From a virus (lineage: Duplodnaviria > Caudoviricetes), in IMG/VR virus record IMGVR_UViG_3300033273_000307, positions 1 to 53,202 of that record: a stretch of 53,202 nucleotides of DNA. One strand, 5' to 3'. Position numbers and translations under genes: made by a program. Of this stretch, positions 44,467 through 53,202 are shown piece by piece (the stretch's first letter is position 1; each line of letters opens with the position of its first letter). The notes beneath the pieces were generated by a model, which ran no database searches, was not told where the DNA came from, and saw nothing but the letters and a program-made list of their open reading frames with translations.

Positions 44467-45750
44467 ATGTCTCAATTAACTGTTGGAACAGTTGTTACAG
44501 GTAATGCTAGTTTGACCACACAGGGTCTCAAGCTACCATCATTTACTAACAGCAATAGACCAGCTTCTCCAAATGTCGGTCAGATTATTTACAATACTGA
44601 CGAGAATAAAGCACAGATCTGGAATGGATCTGATTGGGATGAAGTTGGTGGTGGTATTCCCGAACCTGCAAATGAAACCAGAGGTGCTTATCTAGTATCT
44701 GATGGTGAGAACGGTGTGTTCTGGGCATATCCTGGACAAACCGTTGCATCTGCTCCCCTTACTGGATTTAGATACAGAAGTTTGATAACCCACGGTTATC
44801 TGGTGGCGGGGTACAAGGGATCTAACCCTTGGAGAACAGTCAATAAGACTTGGCACGCAAATGACATCACGTTCTATTGCGGCGAGCAGTTGACTAGAGC
44901 ATTGACCTATGCTGACTGTACCTGGAGTGATTACTTCGGATATGGTCATGGTTGCGTCAACTCGTTTACGGGATCTTCCAGTCATACAGACTCAATTAAC
45001 CTGCACACAGGTATGAGGAGAATGTTTGGTACTACAGGAGATAACCCTGGCGGCGGTACTTACTCACCTTCGAACTATGGTTATGAAGGTGATGACCCTA
45101 GAGGCGTCATGGGATACACCGTTGTTGGTGGTTGGAACATGCCTGTCAACAGAGACAGAAACGCATGTGCTACTGCACAAAAACAACAGTTTGGTTACAA
45201 CCTAGGTGGCGGTAATGATGCTGTTGGTAAACTACACTTCCCTTCTGAGATTATGTATCAGGTAGGCAACTCGCCTTCTGGTTCTGACCACACCGCATCT
45301 TGTGGTGATGAGGATAGATCATGGGCATCCTTCCGTGGTAGCAGACATTATGTCAATCATTCCAACGATAGTTGGGCTGGATGGTCTTCTAACGCCGCTC
45401 CTGACGGAGTTTGTAAGTTCCTTCCTTCCAAGTACGGTCATTTCTATGCTGGTACTGGAAACAATGTTACCTCACCATGGACTAAATACAGCGGTTCTTC
45501 TGGAGCTGGTCTCAAGAACGGAACCAAGGTCCGTGCTTATGGTGAAGAGAACTTCCAAATGGGTCAAGACCATGGTTACATGATGGGTCAGTATGATGGT
45601 CAGCAGAATAATCACACAACTAAGTGGGATTACACTACTGATGTTGAGACCAACCTTGGTGCTGCTGCAAGACCCAAGGGTCATTATGGTCAATCTTCTG
45701 GCGGTTGCTGTTCTGCTGCCGCTGCTGTCACTGTAAATCAGGCACAATAA
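44467..45750 (+). CDS. Fibre-tip-like protein with putative beta-propeller (427 aa)
   Basis: N-terminal LKLPS...RPASPNVGQIIYNTD...WNGSDW fibre motif; recurring GYxxG(G/Y) blade-like motifs. Confidence 0.72.
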   Translation: MSQLTVGTVVTGNASLTTQGLKLPSFTNSNRPASPNVGQIIYNTDENKAQIWNGSDWDEVGGGIPEPANETRGAYLVSDGENGVFWAYPGQTVASAPLTGFRYRSLITHGYLVAGYKGSNPWRTVNKTWHANDITFYCGEQLTRALTYADCTWSDYFGYGHGCVNSFTGSSSHTDSINLHTGMRRMFGTTGDNPGGGTYSPSNYGYEGDDPRGVMGYTVVGGWNMPVNRDRNACATAQKQQFGYNLGGGNDAVGKLHFPSEIMYQVGNSPSGSDHTASCGDEDRSWASFRGSRHYVNHSNDSWAGWSSNAAPDGVCKFLPSKYGHFYAGTGNNVTSPWTKYSGSSGAGLKNGTKVRAYGEENFQMGQDHGYMMGQYDGQQNNHTTKWDYTTDVETNLGAAARPKGHYGQSSGGCCSAAAAVTVNQAQ

Positions 45751-46559
45751 TGAGATATCTAATCATCAACGAAAAGGAAATCAAGCAAGAACAGTTTGTC
45801 AACGCATCGGCAACTGGAGATCTTCGCTTGCACTACAACGAAATGTTTTCGCTGATGCACTTCTCTTGTGTAGAGGTCAGCGAAAATATCTTCCAAATCA
45901 TCTATAAAGAGTGGGAGCACAAATATAGAGAAGTTACTAAGCAACAAGCTTATAACGGATCTAACTTCTTCTCTGAGATTAGACCGTTTGGTAAGGTCGC
46001 TGTAAATACAGGTGAAGCAGGTTTTGCATGGACACCTGCTAACGAAATCATGAAGGTGCCCATTGAGTTGACAGATAATATTCTTAAAGATGTTATTGAT
46101 TTCATGATTGCTTTCGCAAAAGAAATCATTGAGGATGAATATAATACTAGATTTAGAAATCTAAAAAATACTACAGATCTGGAGTCTGCATCCTGGGAAA
46201 TCCAGAAGCATGAAGCAAGAGAGTGGTTGACTTATAGAGGAGCAGATGGACACAGAACTCCTTTCTTAGATTATCTCTCTATGGAGAGACATATCGATAA
46301 AGATGCCCTAGCAAATAAGATTCTACAAAAAGCAGAAGAGTGGGAAGATAAACTTTCTACAATGCTTGTACAGTATCAAACACTAGTCAAAAAGTTCGAA
46401 AGTTGCACTACTGTTTGGGACCTAAATATCTTATATGAGGATTACATGGGAATCCTATTGCCCCAAAAACAAGCGATTGAAATGGGCAGAACGATCTCTG
46501 AAACTGATTGGGATCGCAAACCAGAGTATGAGGTTGATGCATATGTCTTTAAATTCTGA
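45750..46559 (+). CDS. Hypothetical protein, tail-fibre-assembly-like (269 aa)
   Basis: Start re-called at TAATG overlap; ExxSWxxQxxEA...TPFL...LAxKIL motif recalled from fibre-adjacent proteins. Confidence 0.72.
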   Translation: MRYLIINEKEIKQEQFVNASATGDLRLHYNEMFSLMHFSCVEVSENIFQIIYKEWEHKYREVTKQQAYNGSNFFSEIRPFGKVAVNTGEAGFAWTPANEIMKVPIELTDNILKDVIDFMIAFAKEIIEDEYNTRFRNLKNTTDLESASWEIQKHEAREWLTYRGADGHRTPFLDYLSMERHIDKDALANKILQKAEEWEDKLSTMLVQYQTLVKKFESCTTVWDLNILYEDYMGILLPQKQAIEMGRTISETDWDRKPEYEVDAYVFKF

Positions 46560-47391
46560 CGCAAGTTTATCTGATATCATTTCAGACGTAAGAAACATTA
46601 TTAGCTCAGACACGGGCGAAATTCATTTATCAAAATCTTTTGTAGACGAGTTTGGTCTAACATCGAAAGACTTTGATGTATTGTCTGCCAGTATGAGATT
46701 CAATAGTGGCATGACAGAATATGAGTGTGAGCACTTTGTTGCTGATACTCAACTCACTCCATGGAGAAAAGTTCGTCAAGCATTGATGGAACTTGAGACT
46801 AGGTATCATGCTTACATGGAGAATAGAAACAGTCTTAGAAAAGCAGAAATTTTAAGAAAGAGATTAGTTAGGGACATGGAACTAGTTCCTGACGAACTCG
46901 ATAAAGAACTAATGCAGATCGATCTAGAAAAGAACGATTATGATATTGGTATCTGGAAAAGAAAACTTAGACAGTCTGAACTGGAGCTCAAGTATTTCTT
47001 GAATGTTGTTGACAAATATGTTGACGAAGAAAATGGTTATCCTCTAGAGTATTTTACAACAGAGCAACCACATGAAGTCAAGACTTATTGGATTGCCCGT
47101 ATGGGTAAGCAGGCAGCAATGGACATCGTTTCATATGGTAGGATTGGCGCTGGTAACATGACATCAATCATGGACATGCCAGAAGAAGATCAAGTAGAAG
47201 CACTTGGTATCGCAGTCAAATACTCTGGTATGATTGGTGGTGGAATTGATAAACTTAATAAGATGATCGCTCCACAAGTTCAGGCACAGTTGCAGCAAGA
47301 GGGTATTGCATTACCTAAGCTCCAACAACATAAATACTCAGGACAACTACAAATCGAGCAATCTAACGATGGCGAGTCAAAGACACCTTGA
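46543..47391 (+). CDS. Conserved phage hypothetical helical/coiled-coil protein (~282 aa)
   Basis: Start re-called at MSLNSD; TPWRKVRQALMELETR and YWIARMGKQAAMD motifs. Confidence 0.78.
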   Translation: MSLNSDASLSDIISDVRNIISSDTGEIHLSKSFVDEFGLTSKDFDVLSASMRFNSGMTEYECEHFVADTQLTPWRKVRQALMELETRYHAYMENRNSLRKAEILRKRLVRDMELVPDELDKELMQIDLEKNDYDIGIWKRKLRQSELELKYFLNVVDKYVDEENGYPLEYFTTEQPHEVKTYWIARMGKQAAMDIVSYGRIGAGNMTSIMDMPEEDQVEALGIAVKYSGMIGGGIDKLNKMIAPQVQAQLQQEGIALPKLQQHKYSGQLQIEQSNDGESKTP

Positions 47392-47599
47392 ATTACTTCC
47401 CATCATCCATTACTCAATCTATCATAGATTTGAGTTGGAAGATAAGAACAAAGATCTTGATCGCAACAAGCTAAGGCAACTTGCGGAAGAGAACAAGTAT
47501 ATTCTGGAAACTAACCCAGAAGCTGAACACATTTATATGGAGAAAGTGATTGTAGAGTATGGAAAGATTCTCGATCCCGCTGAATACAAAGCTTCCTGA
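47369..47599 (+). CDS. Small hypothetical protein (76 aa)
   Basis: Start re-called at MASQRH; CATAAATA late-promoter-like box at 47329-47336. Confidence 0.68.
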   Translation: MASQRHLELLPIIHYSIYHRFELEDKNKDLDRNKLRQLAEENKYILETNPEAEHIYMEKVIVEYGKILDPAEYKAS

Positions 47600-49241
47600 A
47601 GATTTTGTACTAAACACCTTTATTCCTTTTCTCAAGGAACATAAAGAATACATCTACGATATTTACTTCACCTGTCGTATGCCGCCCTTTGTGCAGGATG
47701 CGATGGGTGATGTTATTGATGGGGATATGAGAGATACTACTCTCAATGCCTTATTTGTTTCTCGGGAGACAGGTATTCCCCTGTCTGCTACATTTAATAA
47801 TATCCAAGTTCCTCCCACTCAAGAGAACCTGGATATTTTTATTGAGAATTTTAGACCCTTGTATGAGGCAGGAATTCGTATCATCACCATACCACATACA
47901 TCATGGGTGTTGACTGGACAGTTGCAGAAGGAATTTCCCGAACTGTTTATCAAGAATACTATTCTTAGGGAAGTTACTAGACCTAATGAAATTGTAAACC
48001 TAGCAAAAGCAGGGTTTCATTATGTCAACCTAGATAGAGATCTTATGCGTGACAGAGATACTCTACTAAGAATCAAAGAAGCAAAAGAATACTGTGCTGA
48101 GATTGGCAAACCAGTCAAGATTTCATTACTTGCTAACGAGTGGTGCTGGGGCGGTTGTCCTATTATGCCAGAACATTATCACTACAACATGGTGAGAGAA
48201 AAAGATGACCCTCAGTATTTTAATACTAGTTTGAGTAGGGTATCTTGTTCTACCTGGGACGAGAGAGATCCTGCTGCGTCATTGAAAGCAGCAACAATTC
48301 CGCCATGGAAGAAAGATTGGGAAGAGTTTCTTGATCTAGGTATTGATGTATTCAAGATGCATGGCAGAGAAAATGCAATGCGTCTCATGGAAAGCATGGA
48401 CATCATCAAACGATGGGCATCAGATGAGGAGTTGCTACACCCACAGTTCAATGACTACATTGAAGATGTAACTCTCGAAGAGAAACCAATTGATATCTGG
48501 AGAGAGAAGATCAAGACCTGTGGTTTTGATTGTTGGAAGTGCAACTACTGCGACTCGGTTGTGCAGTCCAGAATGAAGAGGAGCGATAGGCATTTTGATG
48601 AGGACATCGAATTGGTTCTGTCATCTATCGAGAAAGCAGCAAGAGGAGATAGTGAGTTTGTAGAAGAAGGATTTAGTTACGAAGGATTGTCTTCTAATAC
48701 AGTAAGACATTTCTTGAATAATCTACTATCTAAACCCGACGCTATCTACATGGAATTGGGTGTACATGCTGGCAGTACATTCTTTGCTGCTACTATGAAC
48801 AGAGATGTAGAAGCGTTTGCTGTTGATGATTACTCTGAGAAAGAGATCTCTCCATTTAGAGATGACATTGAAATGGAATCATATGATGATCCAAAGAAAG
48901 TTTTCTTCCGTGGATTGAGAGAGAAACAATACTTTTGTCCGAATACTATTCAGGATCTGACTCCCAGACACGTACATAAAAAACCTAATGTTATTTTCTA
49001 TGATGCTGATCACGATCCACAAGCTCAATATGATAACCTCACATTCCTGATTCCAGCATTTGCAGACAAGTTTATCCTTGTTGTTGACGATGCAAACTTT
49101 ATGGGTGTTGTGCAAGCAGCAGAGTTCTTTGTAAAAGAGAACAACTTAAATCTTTTGTTTGAAAGAAAGATTCTAACCAAGATTCCAGAAGATCCTAATG
49201 GATGGTGGAATGGTATACATGTTATGGTAATTTCGAAATGA
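47559..49241 (+). CDS. Peptidase U32-family (Fe-S hydroxylase-like) domain fused to class I SAM-dependent methyltransferase (560 aa)
   Basis: LDRDL, LLANEWCWGGCP, GIDVFKMHGRE (cf. U32 GVDSLKIEGR); linker CGFDCWKCNYC; C-terminal MELGVHAGST, IFYDADH, LVVDD methyltransferase motifs. Confidence 0.75.
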   Translation: MERFSIPLNTKLPEDFVLNTFIPFLKEHKEYIYDIYFTCRMPPFVQDAMGDVIDGDMRDTTLNALFVSRETGIPLSATFNNIQVPPTQENLDIFIENFRPLYEAGIRIITIPHTSWVLTGQLQKEFPELFIKNTILREVTRPNEIVNLAKAGFHYVNLDRDLMRDRDTLLRIKEAKEYCAEIGKPVKISLLANEWCWGGCPIMPEHYHYNMVREKDDPQYFNTSLSRVSCSTWDERDPAASLKAATIPPWKKDWEEFLDLGIDVFKMHGRENAMRLMESMDIIKRWASDEELLHPQFNDYIEDVTLEEKPIDIWREKIKTCGFDCWKCNYCDSVVQSRMKRSDRHFDEDIELVLSSIEKAARGDSEFVEEGFSYEGLSSNTVRHFLNNLLSKPDAIYMELGVHAGSTFFAATMNRDVEAFAVDDYSEKEISPFRDDIEMESYDDPKKVFFRGLREKQYFCPNTIQDLTPRHVHKKPNVIFYDADHDPQAQYDNLTFLIPAFADKFILVVDDANFMGVVQAAEFFVKENNLNLLFERKILTKIPEDPNGWWNGIHVMVISK

Positions 49242-49822
49242 ACTCTTTTAAATATCAATACTTCAAAATCAAATTAGAAGAAGATTTTTTTAATATGCTG
49301 ATGCAAGCAATCAATGAATCTGGGCATATGCAAAAAGAAGGATTGGCTATTGCAGAAGAAAATCTGATGGTTGCAAAAGTTGGTGGTGGTCAAATAACAA
49401 AGGATAGGCAATGTAAAGTATCTTTTATTGACAATCCAAGAGTGTTTGAGTTATTAGATGGATTGGTAGAGTTTGCTAACTCAAAAATGCTTTGGAATAT
49501 AAAATTAGACTTCATCGAACCTCTTCAATATACTGTTTATGGTCCCACAGATTATTATGATTGGCATATTGATGAGGGAGATTGGACTCCAAATAGGAGA
49601 GAGGGTAACAGAATTAGAAAAATGAGTTTCAGTATTGTTTTGCCAGGTGAGTTTGAAGGTGGTGAATTTTCAATTGATGCAGCAGGAGAAAGAAAAACCA
49701 TGGACTTGAAAGAAAGAGAAGCTATTTTCTTTGGAGCAGATACACCACATACTGTTCTTCCTGTTACTAGTGGTACTAGAACATCTCTGGTAGGATGGGT
49801 ACAAGGACCAGCTTGGCAATGA
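49238..49822 (+). CDS. 2OG-Fe(II) oxygenase (prolyl-4-hydroxylase-like)
   Basis: YDWHID, FEGGEF, PHTVLPVTSGTRTSLVGW (HxD...H...RxS); start at ATGA overlap. Confidence 0.9.
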   Translation: MNSFKYQYFKIKLEEDFFNMLMQAINESGHMQKEGLAIAEENLMVAKVGGGQITKDRQCKVSFIDNPRVFELLDGLVEFANSKMLWNIKLDFIEPLQYTVYGPTDYYDWHIDEGDWTPNRREGNRIRKMSFSIVLPGEFEGGEFSIDAAGERKTMDLKEREAIFFGADTPHTVLPVTSGTRTSLVGWVQGPAWQ

Positions 49823-50382
49823 AATTTATTAGAGAGTACACACTATCGGACCTTTCTATCTGTGATAGACTTATAGATCTTTTTCATGATGCAGATAAAA
49901 AGGATCTGACATACGCTGGACGTGTAGGGGGTGGTAGTGTCATTCCAGAAATTAAAAAAAGCAAAGACTTTTTTATTGAAGATGCAGGTCCTTTAGGATC
50001 CGCAATGGATTACAAATTTGATAAGTATAGAGCGGAGTTGGATAGTTTTGTTGACGACTATCTAAACTCTCTTCAGATTATGAATCAAGAATTTGTAATG
50101 GAACGTTTGCCACAGATTCAGTATTACAAACCTGGAGATGGATTCTACACTTGGCATGTTGATGGTTCTGGTAAAGATGGATGTGATAGAGCATTCGTGT
50201 ATATCACATATCTAAATGATGTTCCAGATGGTGGAACAGAATTTTTCTATCAAGACTACACAGTCAAGGCAGAAAAAGGTAAAACTGTAATCTTCCCCGC
50301 CGCATTAACTCATAAGCATAGAGGACAGATATCAGAGACTCAAGAAAAATATATTATGACTGGTTGGATTTGGTGGGTATGA
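49819..50382 (+). CDS. 2OG-Fe(II) oxygenase
   Basis: WHVD, YLNDVPDGGTEF, THKHRG, KYIMTGW. Confidence 0.9.
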   Translation: MKFIREYTLSDLSICDRLIDLFHDADKKDLTYAGRVGGGSVIPEIKKSKDFFIEDAGPLGSAMDYKFDKYRAELDSFVDDYLNSLQIMNQEFVMERLPQIQYYKPGDGFYTWHVDGSGKDGCDRAFVYITYLNDVPDGGTEFFYQDYTVKAEKGKTVIFPAALTHKHRGQISETQEKYIMTGWIWWV

Positions 50383-50960
50383 ATAAACCGATTGTTATTA
50401 ACAACGTTCTATCAAAATCAGAGCGACTTACTTTGTGGGACTATTTTGATCGCAAATCACCTTCTATGAATAGTCTTGCCACGTGGACGTACAACAATGC
50501 GTCTTATGGTCAGGGAGATCCTGTATCGTGGCAACATCCTCTTAGGACAGATTTGATCTTTACTAAGTGTGCTACTACAGTTAGATTGAAAATGATGAAG
50601 CACTTGCGTAGAGATATCAAACTATGCAAGATCCATGCTAATGGTCAGACTGCAGGTCAGAATACCCTCTTCCATAAAGACTGGGAAGAACATGGAGTAT
50701 GGACGTTCATCTATTTCAATCAACCATACTGGGATGTAGAATGGGGAGGAGAGTTTGTATGTCAAACTCCTGATGATGAATATCATTTCACTCCATATGT
50801 CCCTAACAGTGGTGTATTCATTCCATCTAACTGGTTACACAAAGGTCAACCTCCCAATAGTTTGATTGGCAATGAACTTAGGACTACTATAGCATTCTCA
50901 TTTTGTGATCCTGATATCCATGATAAAATTATTTCACAAACGAAAAGAAAATGGTATTAG
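50379..50960 (+). CDS. 2OG-Fe(II) oxygenase
   Basis: FHKD, WDVEWGGEF, WLHKG, LRTTIAF. Confidence 0.87.
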   Translation: MNKPIVINNVLSKSERLTLWDYFDRKSPSMNSLATWTYNNASYGQGDPVSWQHPLRTDLIFTKCATTVRLKMMKHLRRDIKLCKIHANGQTAGQNTLFHKDWEEHGVWTFIYFNQPYWDVEWGGEFVCQTPDDEYHFTPYVPNSGVFIPSNWLHKGQPPNSLIGNELRTTIAFSFCDPDIHDKIISQTKRKWY

Positions 50961-50970
50961 GAATCAAACA

Positions 50971-51576
50971 ATGATTTATCAACAAAGTAATCTCTCATTT
51001 GTATCTGAGAAAATACCCGACAACTTATACAGAGATCTTCTCGCTTATACAAGAAAGCGTAGAGGAGATGAGACATGGAACTACAATATAAGATTAGCTG
51101 GTGCTCTAGAGCAACAGTCAAGTTTGTCTGAGTGGAAGTACGAGTGTCCTGGATTTGAAGACTATGTTGTTGATTTATCTAGAGATCTGTGGAATGAAGT
51201 ATATGAAACTTGTCCATGGGATTTTCAAGAGACAAGGGACATATCTCCTTTTATCAAACTAAGAAACCTTTGGGTAAATTACCAAAGACAGAATGAATAC
51301 AACCCAGTCCATACACACTCTGGTATTGTGAGTTTTGTTATTTTTGTCGATATACCATATGGAGCAGAAGAGAGAACTACCCATAGAAGTAATGGTGCGT
51401 TTCAATTAGAAGCAGAAGTATTGCCAGTTGACAAATCTTGGAATGGTGTTATACTCATGTTTCCGTCTACCACAAAACATGCAGTCTATCCATACAAATC
51501 TACTACTGATGAGAGAGTGACTGTATCTGGAAATCTTACTTGGAATGTGGAGGGACCAGATGAAGAACATTATTAA
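50971..51576 (+). CDS. Putative 2OG-Fe(II) oxygenase (HxH variant)
   Basis: WVNYQ...EYNPVHTH, MFPS...HAVYP...RVTVSGN; start uncertain. Confidence 0.82.
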   Translation: MIYQQSNLSFVSEKIPDNLYRDLLAYTRKRRGDETWNYNIRLAGALEQQSSLSEWKYECPGFEDYVVDLSRDLWNEVYETCPWDFQETRDISPFIKLRNLWVNYQRQNEYNPVHTHSGIVSFVIFVDIPYGAEERTTHRSNGAFQLEAEVLPVDKSWNGVILMFPSTTKHAVYPYKSTTDERVTVSGNLTWNVEGPDEEHY

Positions 51577-52102
51577 AGATAATTGCATCAATCCCAACTA
51601 CCAAAATCTCATTGAAGAAACTATGAGATTTGATACAGATTTTAGGTGGATCTATCATGATAATCTATCTGAAGATGGAGAGAGTCAACTACCAGGATTC
51701 TCTCATATGTTTTTGTTAGATGGTAAATCTACTACATCATACACTGGGTTGTTCATGCCTCTTTTATTTGAAGCGTGTTATAATACAGGTATCAGTGTTT
51801 CGAAAGTCATCCGTGGTAGATGTTTTTTGCAGACACCTGGCATTAGACATAAAGAATATGATTCTATGCATGTAGATCTGGCAGATCCGCATATGGTTTG
51901 TCTATATTATGCCAATGATAGTGACGGTGATACGTACTTCAGTGAAAGGATGTACGGAGATCCCATTGCCGAATATCCCATAAATAGCACTGTCACACCA
52001 AAAAAAGGACGTTGTGTATTTTTTGATGGTTTGCGTTTTCATTCAAGCAGTAAACCAATACACAACTCTCGATTTGTTATCAACTTTAATTTCATTCCTT
52101 GA
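51560..52102 (+). CDS. 2OG-Fe(II) oxygenase
   Basis: MHVD, YYANDSDGDT, FDGLRFHSSSKP, RFVINFN. Confidence 0.85.
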   Translation: MKNIIKDNCINPNYQNLIEETMRFDTDFRWIYHDNLSEDGESQLPGFSHMFLLDGKSTTSYTGLFMPLLFEACYNTGISVSKVIRGRCFLQTPGIRHKEYDSMHVDLADPHMVCLYYANDSDGDTYFSERMYGDPIAEYPINSTVTPKKGRCVFFDGLRFHSSSKPIHNSRFVINFNFIP

Positions 52103-52108
52103 ATAATT

Positions 52109-52297
52109 ATGGACCCAGCAGCACTAAAGAAAAACTTTGAGGAGCAAATTGCTACTACTATAAAGCAAATTGGAGAACTCGAAGAAAACTTGCGTAAAGC
52201 AAAAGAATATAAAATCAAACTAGAAGGAGGTCTTGAGACTCTCGGACTTCTAGAGGGAGAACCAGAAGCACCAGCAGAAGAAACTCCCGCTGAATAA
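52109..52297 (+). CDS. Small coiled-coil hypothetical protein (62 aa)
   Basis: Heptad pattern; KLEGGLETLGLL motif; acidic tail; followed by a terminator. Confidence 0.78.
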   Translation: MDPAALKKNFEEQIATTIKQIGELEENLRKAKEYKIKLEGGLETLGLLEGEPEAPAEETPAE

Positions 52298-52302
52298 ATA
52301 CT

Positions 52303-52340
52303 AAATCCCTTCTTCCTAAATAGGTAAGAAGGGATTTTTT
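52303..52340 (+). terminator. Rho-independent terminator with a late-promoter box at its apex
   Basis: AAATCCCTTCTT-CCTA-aa-TAGG-t-AAGAAGGGATTT followed by T run; CTAAATA at 52316-52322; AATAAATA at 52293-52300. Confidence 0.78.
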
Positions 52341-52347
52341 GTGTGTA

Positions 52348-53148
52348 ATGGCATCTCCAAATTCAAGAGCTGAACTCATCACATATTGTAAGAGGCAGCT
52401 TGGTGAGCCTGTCCTACAAGTAAACATTGACGACGAACAGGTAAACAACGTTATTGATGACACGTATCAGTTCTTCCAAGAAAACTGCTACAACGGTATG
52501 GAGCGTGCATATCTATTCCACGAAATCACTGCTGACGATAAGACAAGGTTTGCTGCTAGTGTAACAACTACGACTGGTACAACTGATTGGAAAGAAACAA
52601 CAAACTACATCGACATCCCGTCTCATGTAGTTGGTATTACCAGAGTCTTTGGTCTTGTCAGCAACTCAATCCGTTCTAATCTTTTTGGTGTTGAGTATCA
52701 GTTGTTCTTGAATGATCTCTATGCATTCGGATCACTTGATATCCTCAACTATTATATGAATAAGCAGTATCTAGAGACACTGGATATGATCCTTAATAAT
52801 GGATCGTTCCAGCAATTTAGATACACAATGCGTCGTGATCGTCTCTACATGGATCTAGACAAAGACTTCCTCAACGAAGGATCTAACATCTTGATTGAGT
52901 GTCATCGTCTCATCGATCCCGCAGATGCTACAGAGATGAACAATGATATGTTTGTCAAGAGATATGCTACTGCTCTCATGAAGAAGCAGTGGGGTCAGAA
53001 CTTGATTAAGTATAACAACGTTCAGTTACCTGGAGGTGTTACTCTCAACGGTAGAGAGATCTACACAGACGCACTAGCAGAAATTGAGAAAATCGAAAGC
53101 GAAGTTCTCAGCAAGTATGCAATCCCACCAATGGATATGATCGGATAA
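52348..53148 (+). CDS. gp13: Neck protein gp13
   Basis: YCKRQLGEPVLQVNIDDEQV and KKQWGQNLIKYNNVQLPGGVTLNG motifs; start re-called at MASPNS. Confidence 0.95.
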   Translation: MASPNSRAELITYCKRQLGEPVLQVNIDDEQVNNVIDDTYQFFQENCYNGMERAYLFHEITADDKTRFAASVTTTTGTTDWKETTNYIDIPSHVVGITRVFGLVSNSIRSNLFGVEYQLFLNDLYAFGSLDILNYYMNKQYLETLDMILNNGSFQQFRYTMRRDRLYMDLDKDFLNEGSNILIECHRLIDPADATEMNNDMFVKRYATALMKKQWGQNLIKYNNVQLPGGVTLNGREIYTDALAEIEKIESEVLSKYAIPPMDMIG

Positions 53149-53149
53149 G

Positions 53150-53202
53150 ATGCCTACCAGTCCCTACTTTCCAACTTACTACCAAGGTCACAGTGGCGAA
53201 CA
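53150..53202 (+). CDS. gp14: Neck protein gp14, 5' fragment
   Basis: MPTSPYFPTYYQGHSGE immediately after gp13; synteny. Confidence 0.75.
   Translation, partial: MPTSPYFPTYYQGHSGE

Noticed and set aside
47559-48500. Literal protease/collagenase function for the U32 domain
   Set aside because: Characterised U32 members are Fe-S hydroxylases; the family name is historical and nothing in the sequence indicates a protease active site
48517-48552. CxxxCxxC in the 560-aa protein read as a radical SAM motif
   Set aside because: It lies after the barrel-like domain and extends to a fourth Cys; upstream motifs fit U32 better, so it is treated as an auxiliary Fe-S/Zn site
26950-52297. Assigning T4 names gp10, gp11, gp12 or wac to genes between gp8 and gp13
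   Set aside because: Only positional support; no diagnostic motifs recognised
1-53202. CRISPR arrays, tRNA/rRNA genes, inteins, introns, homing endonucleases, reverse transcriptase/DGR, transposases
   Set aside because: None recognised by eye; intergenic gaps are short and the repeats seen are degenerate protein-level repeats. A tRNAscan/Infernal run was not possible

Overview
A 53 kb segment of a large T4-like marine cyanomyovirus (Synechococcus/Prochlorococcus-type), with essentially all genes on the + strand. Bases 1-1560 are the GC-richer end of an early region: tiny ORFs, each behind a sigma70-type -10 box, several apparently leaderless, ending in an orphan HicA-like gene and a terminator. 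A late structural module follows with T4-type (A/C)TAAATA promoters: PAAR spike, gp25, gp6, a giant gp7-like protein, gp8, a VrlC-like protein, a gp9-like/fibre protein, a 3441-aa fibre, Gly-rich and fibre-tip proteins and putative chaperones. Next come a U32-family Fe-S protein fused to a SAM methyltransferase, five tandem 2OG-Fe(II) oxygenases, and neck genes gp13 and gp14 (partial). The most striking unannotated signal is four phycobiliprotein-like (globin-fold) segments inside two giant tail/baseplate proteins. Most keep cysteines at positions equivalent to the bilin-attachment sites (C84 'KCxRD' and C155), suggesting a possibly chromophorylated virion. All family assignments come from manual motif recognition; no database search was run.
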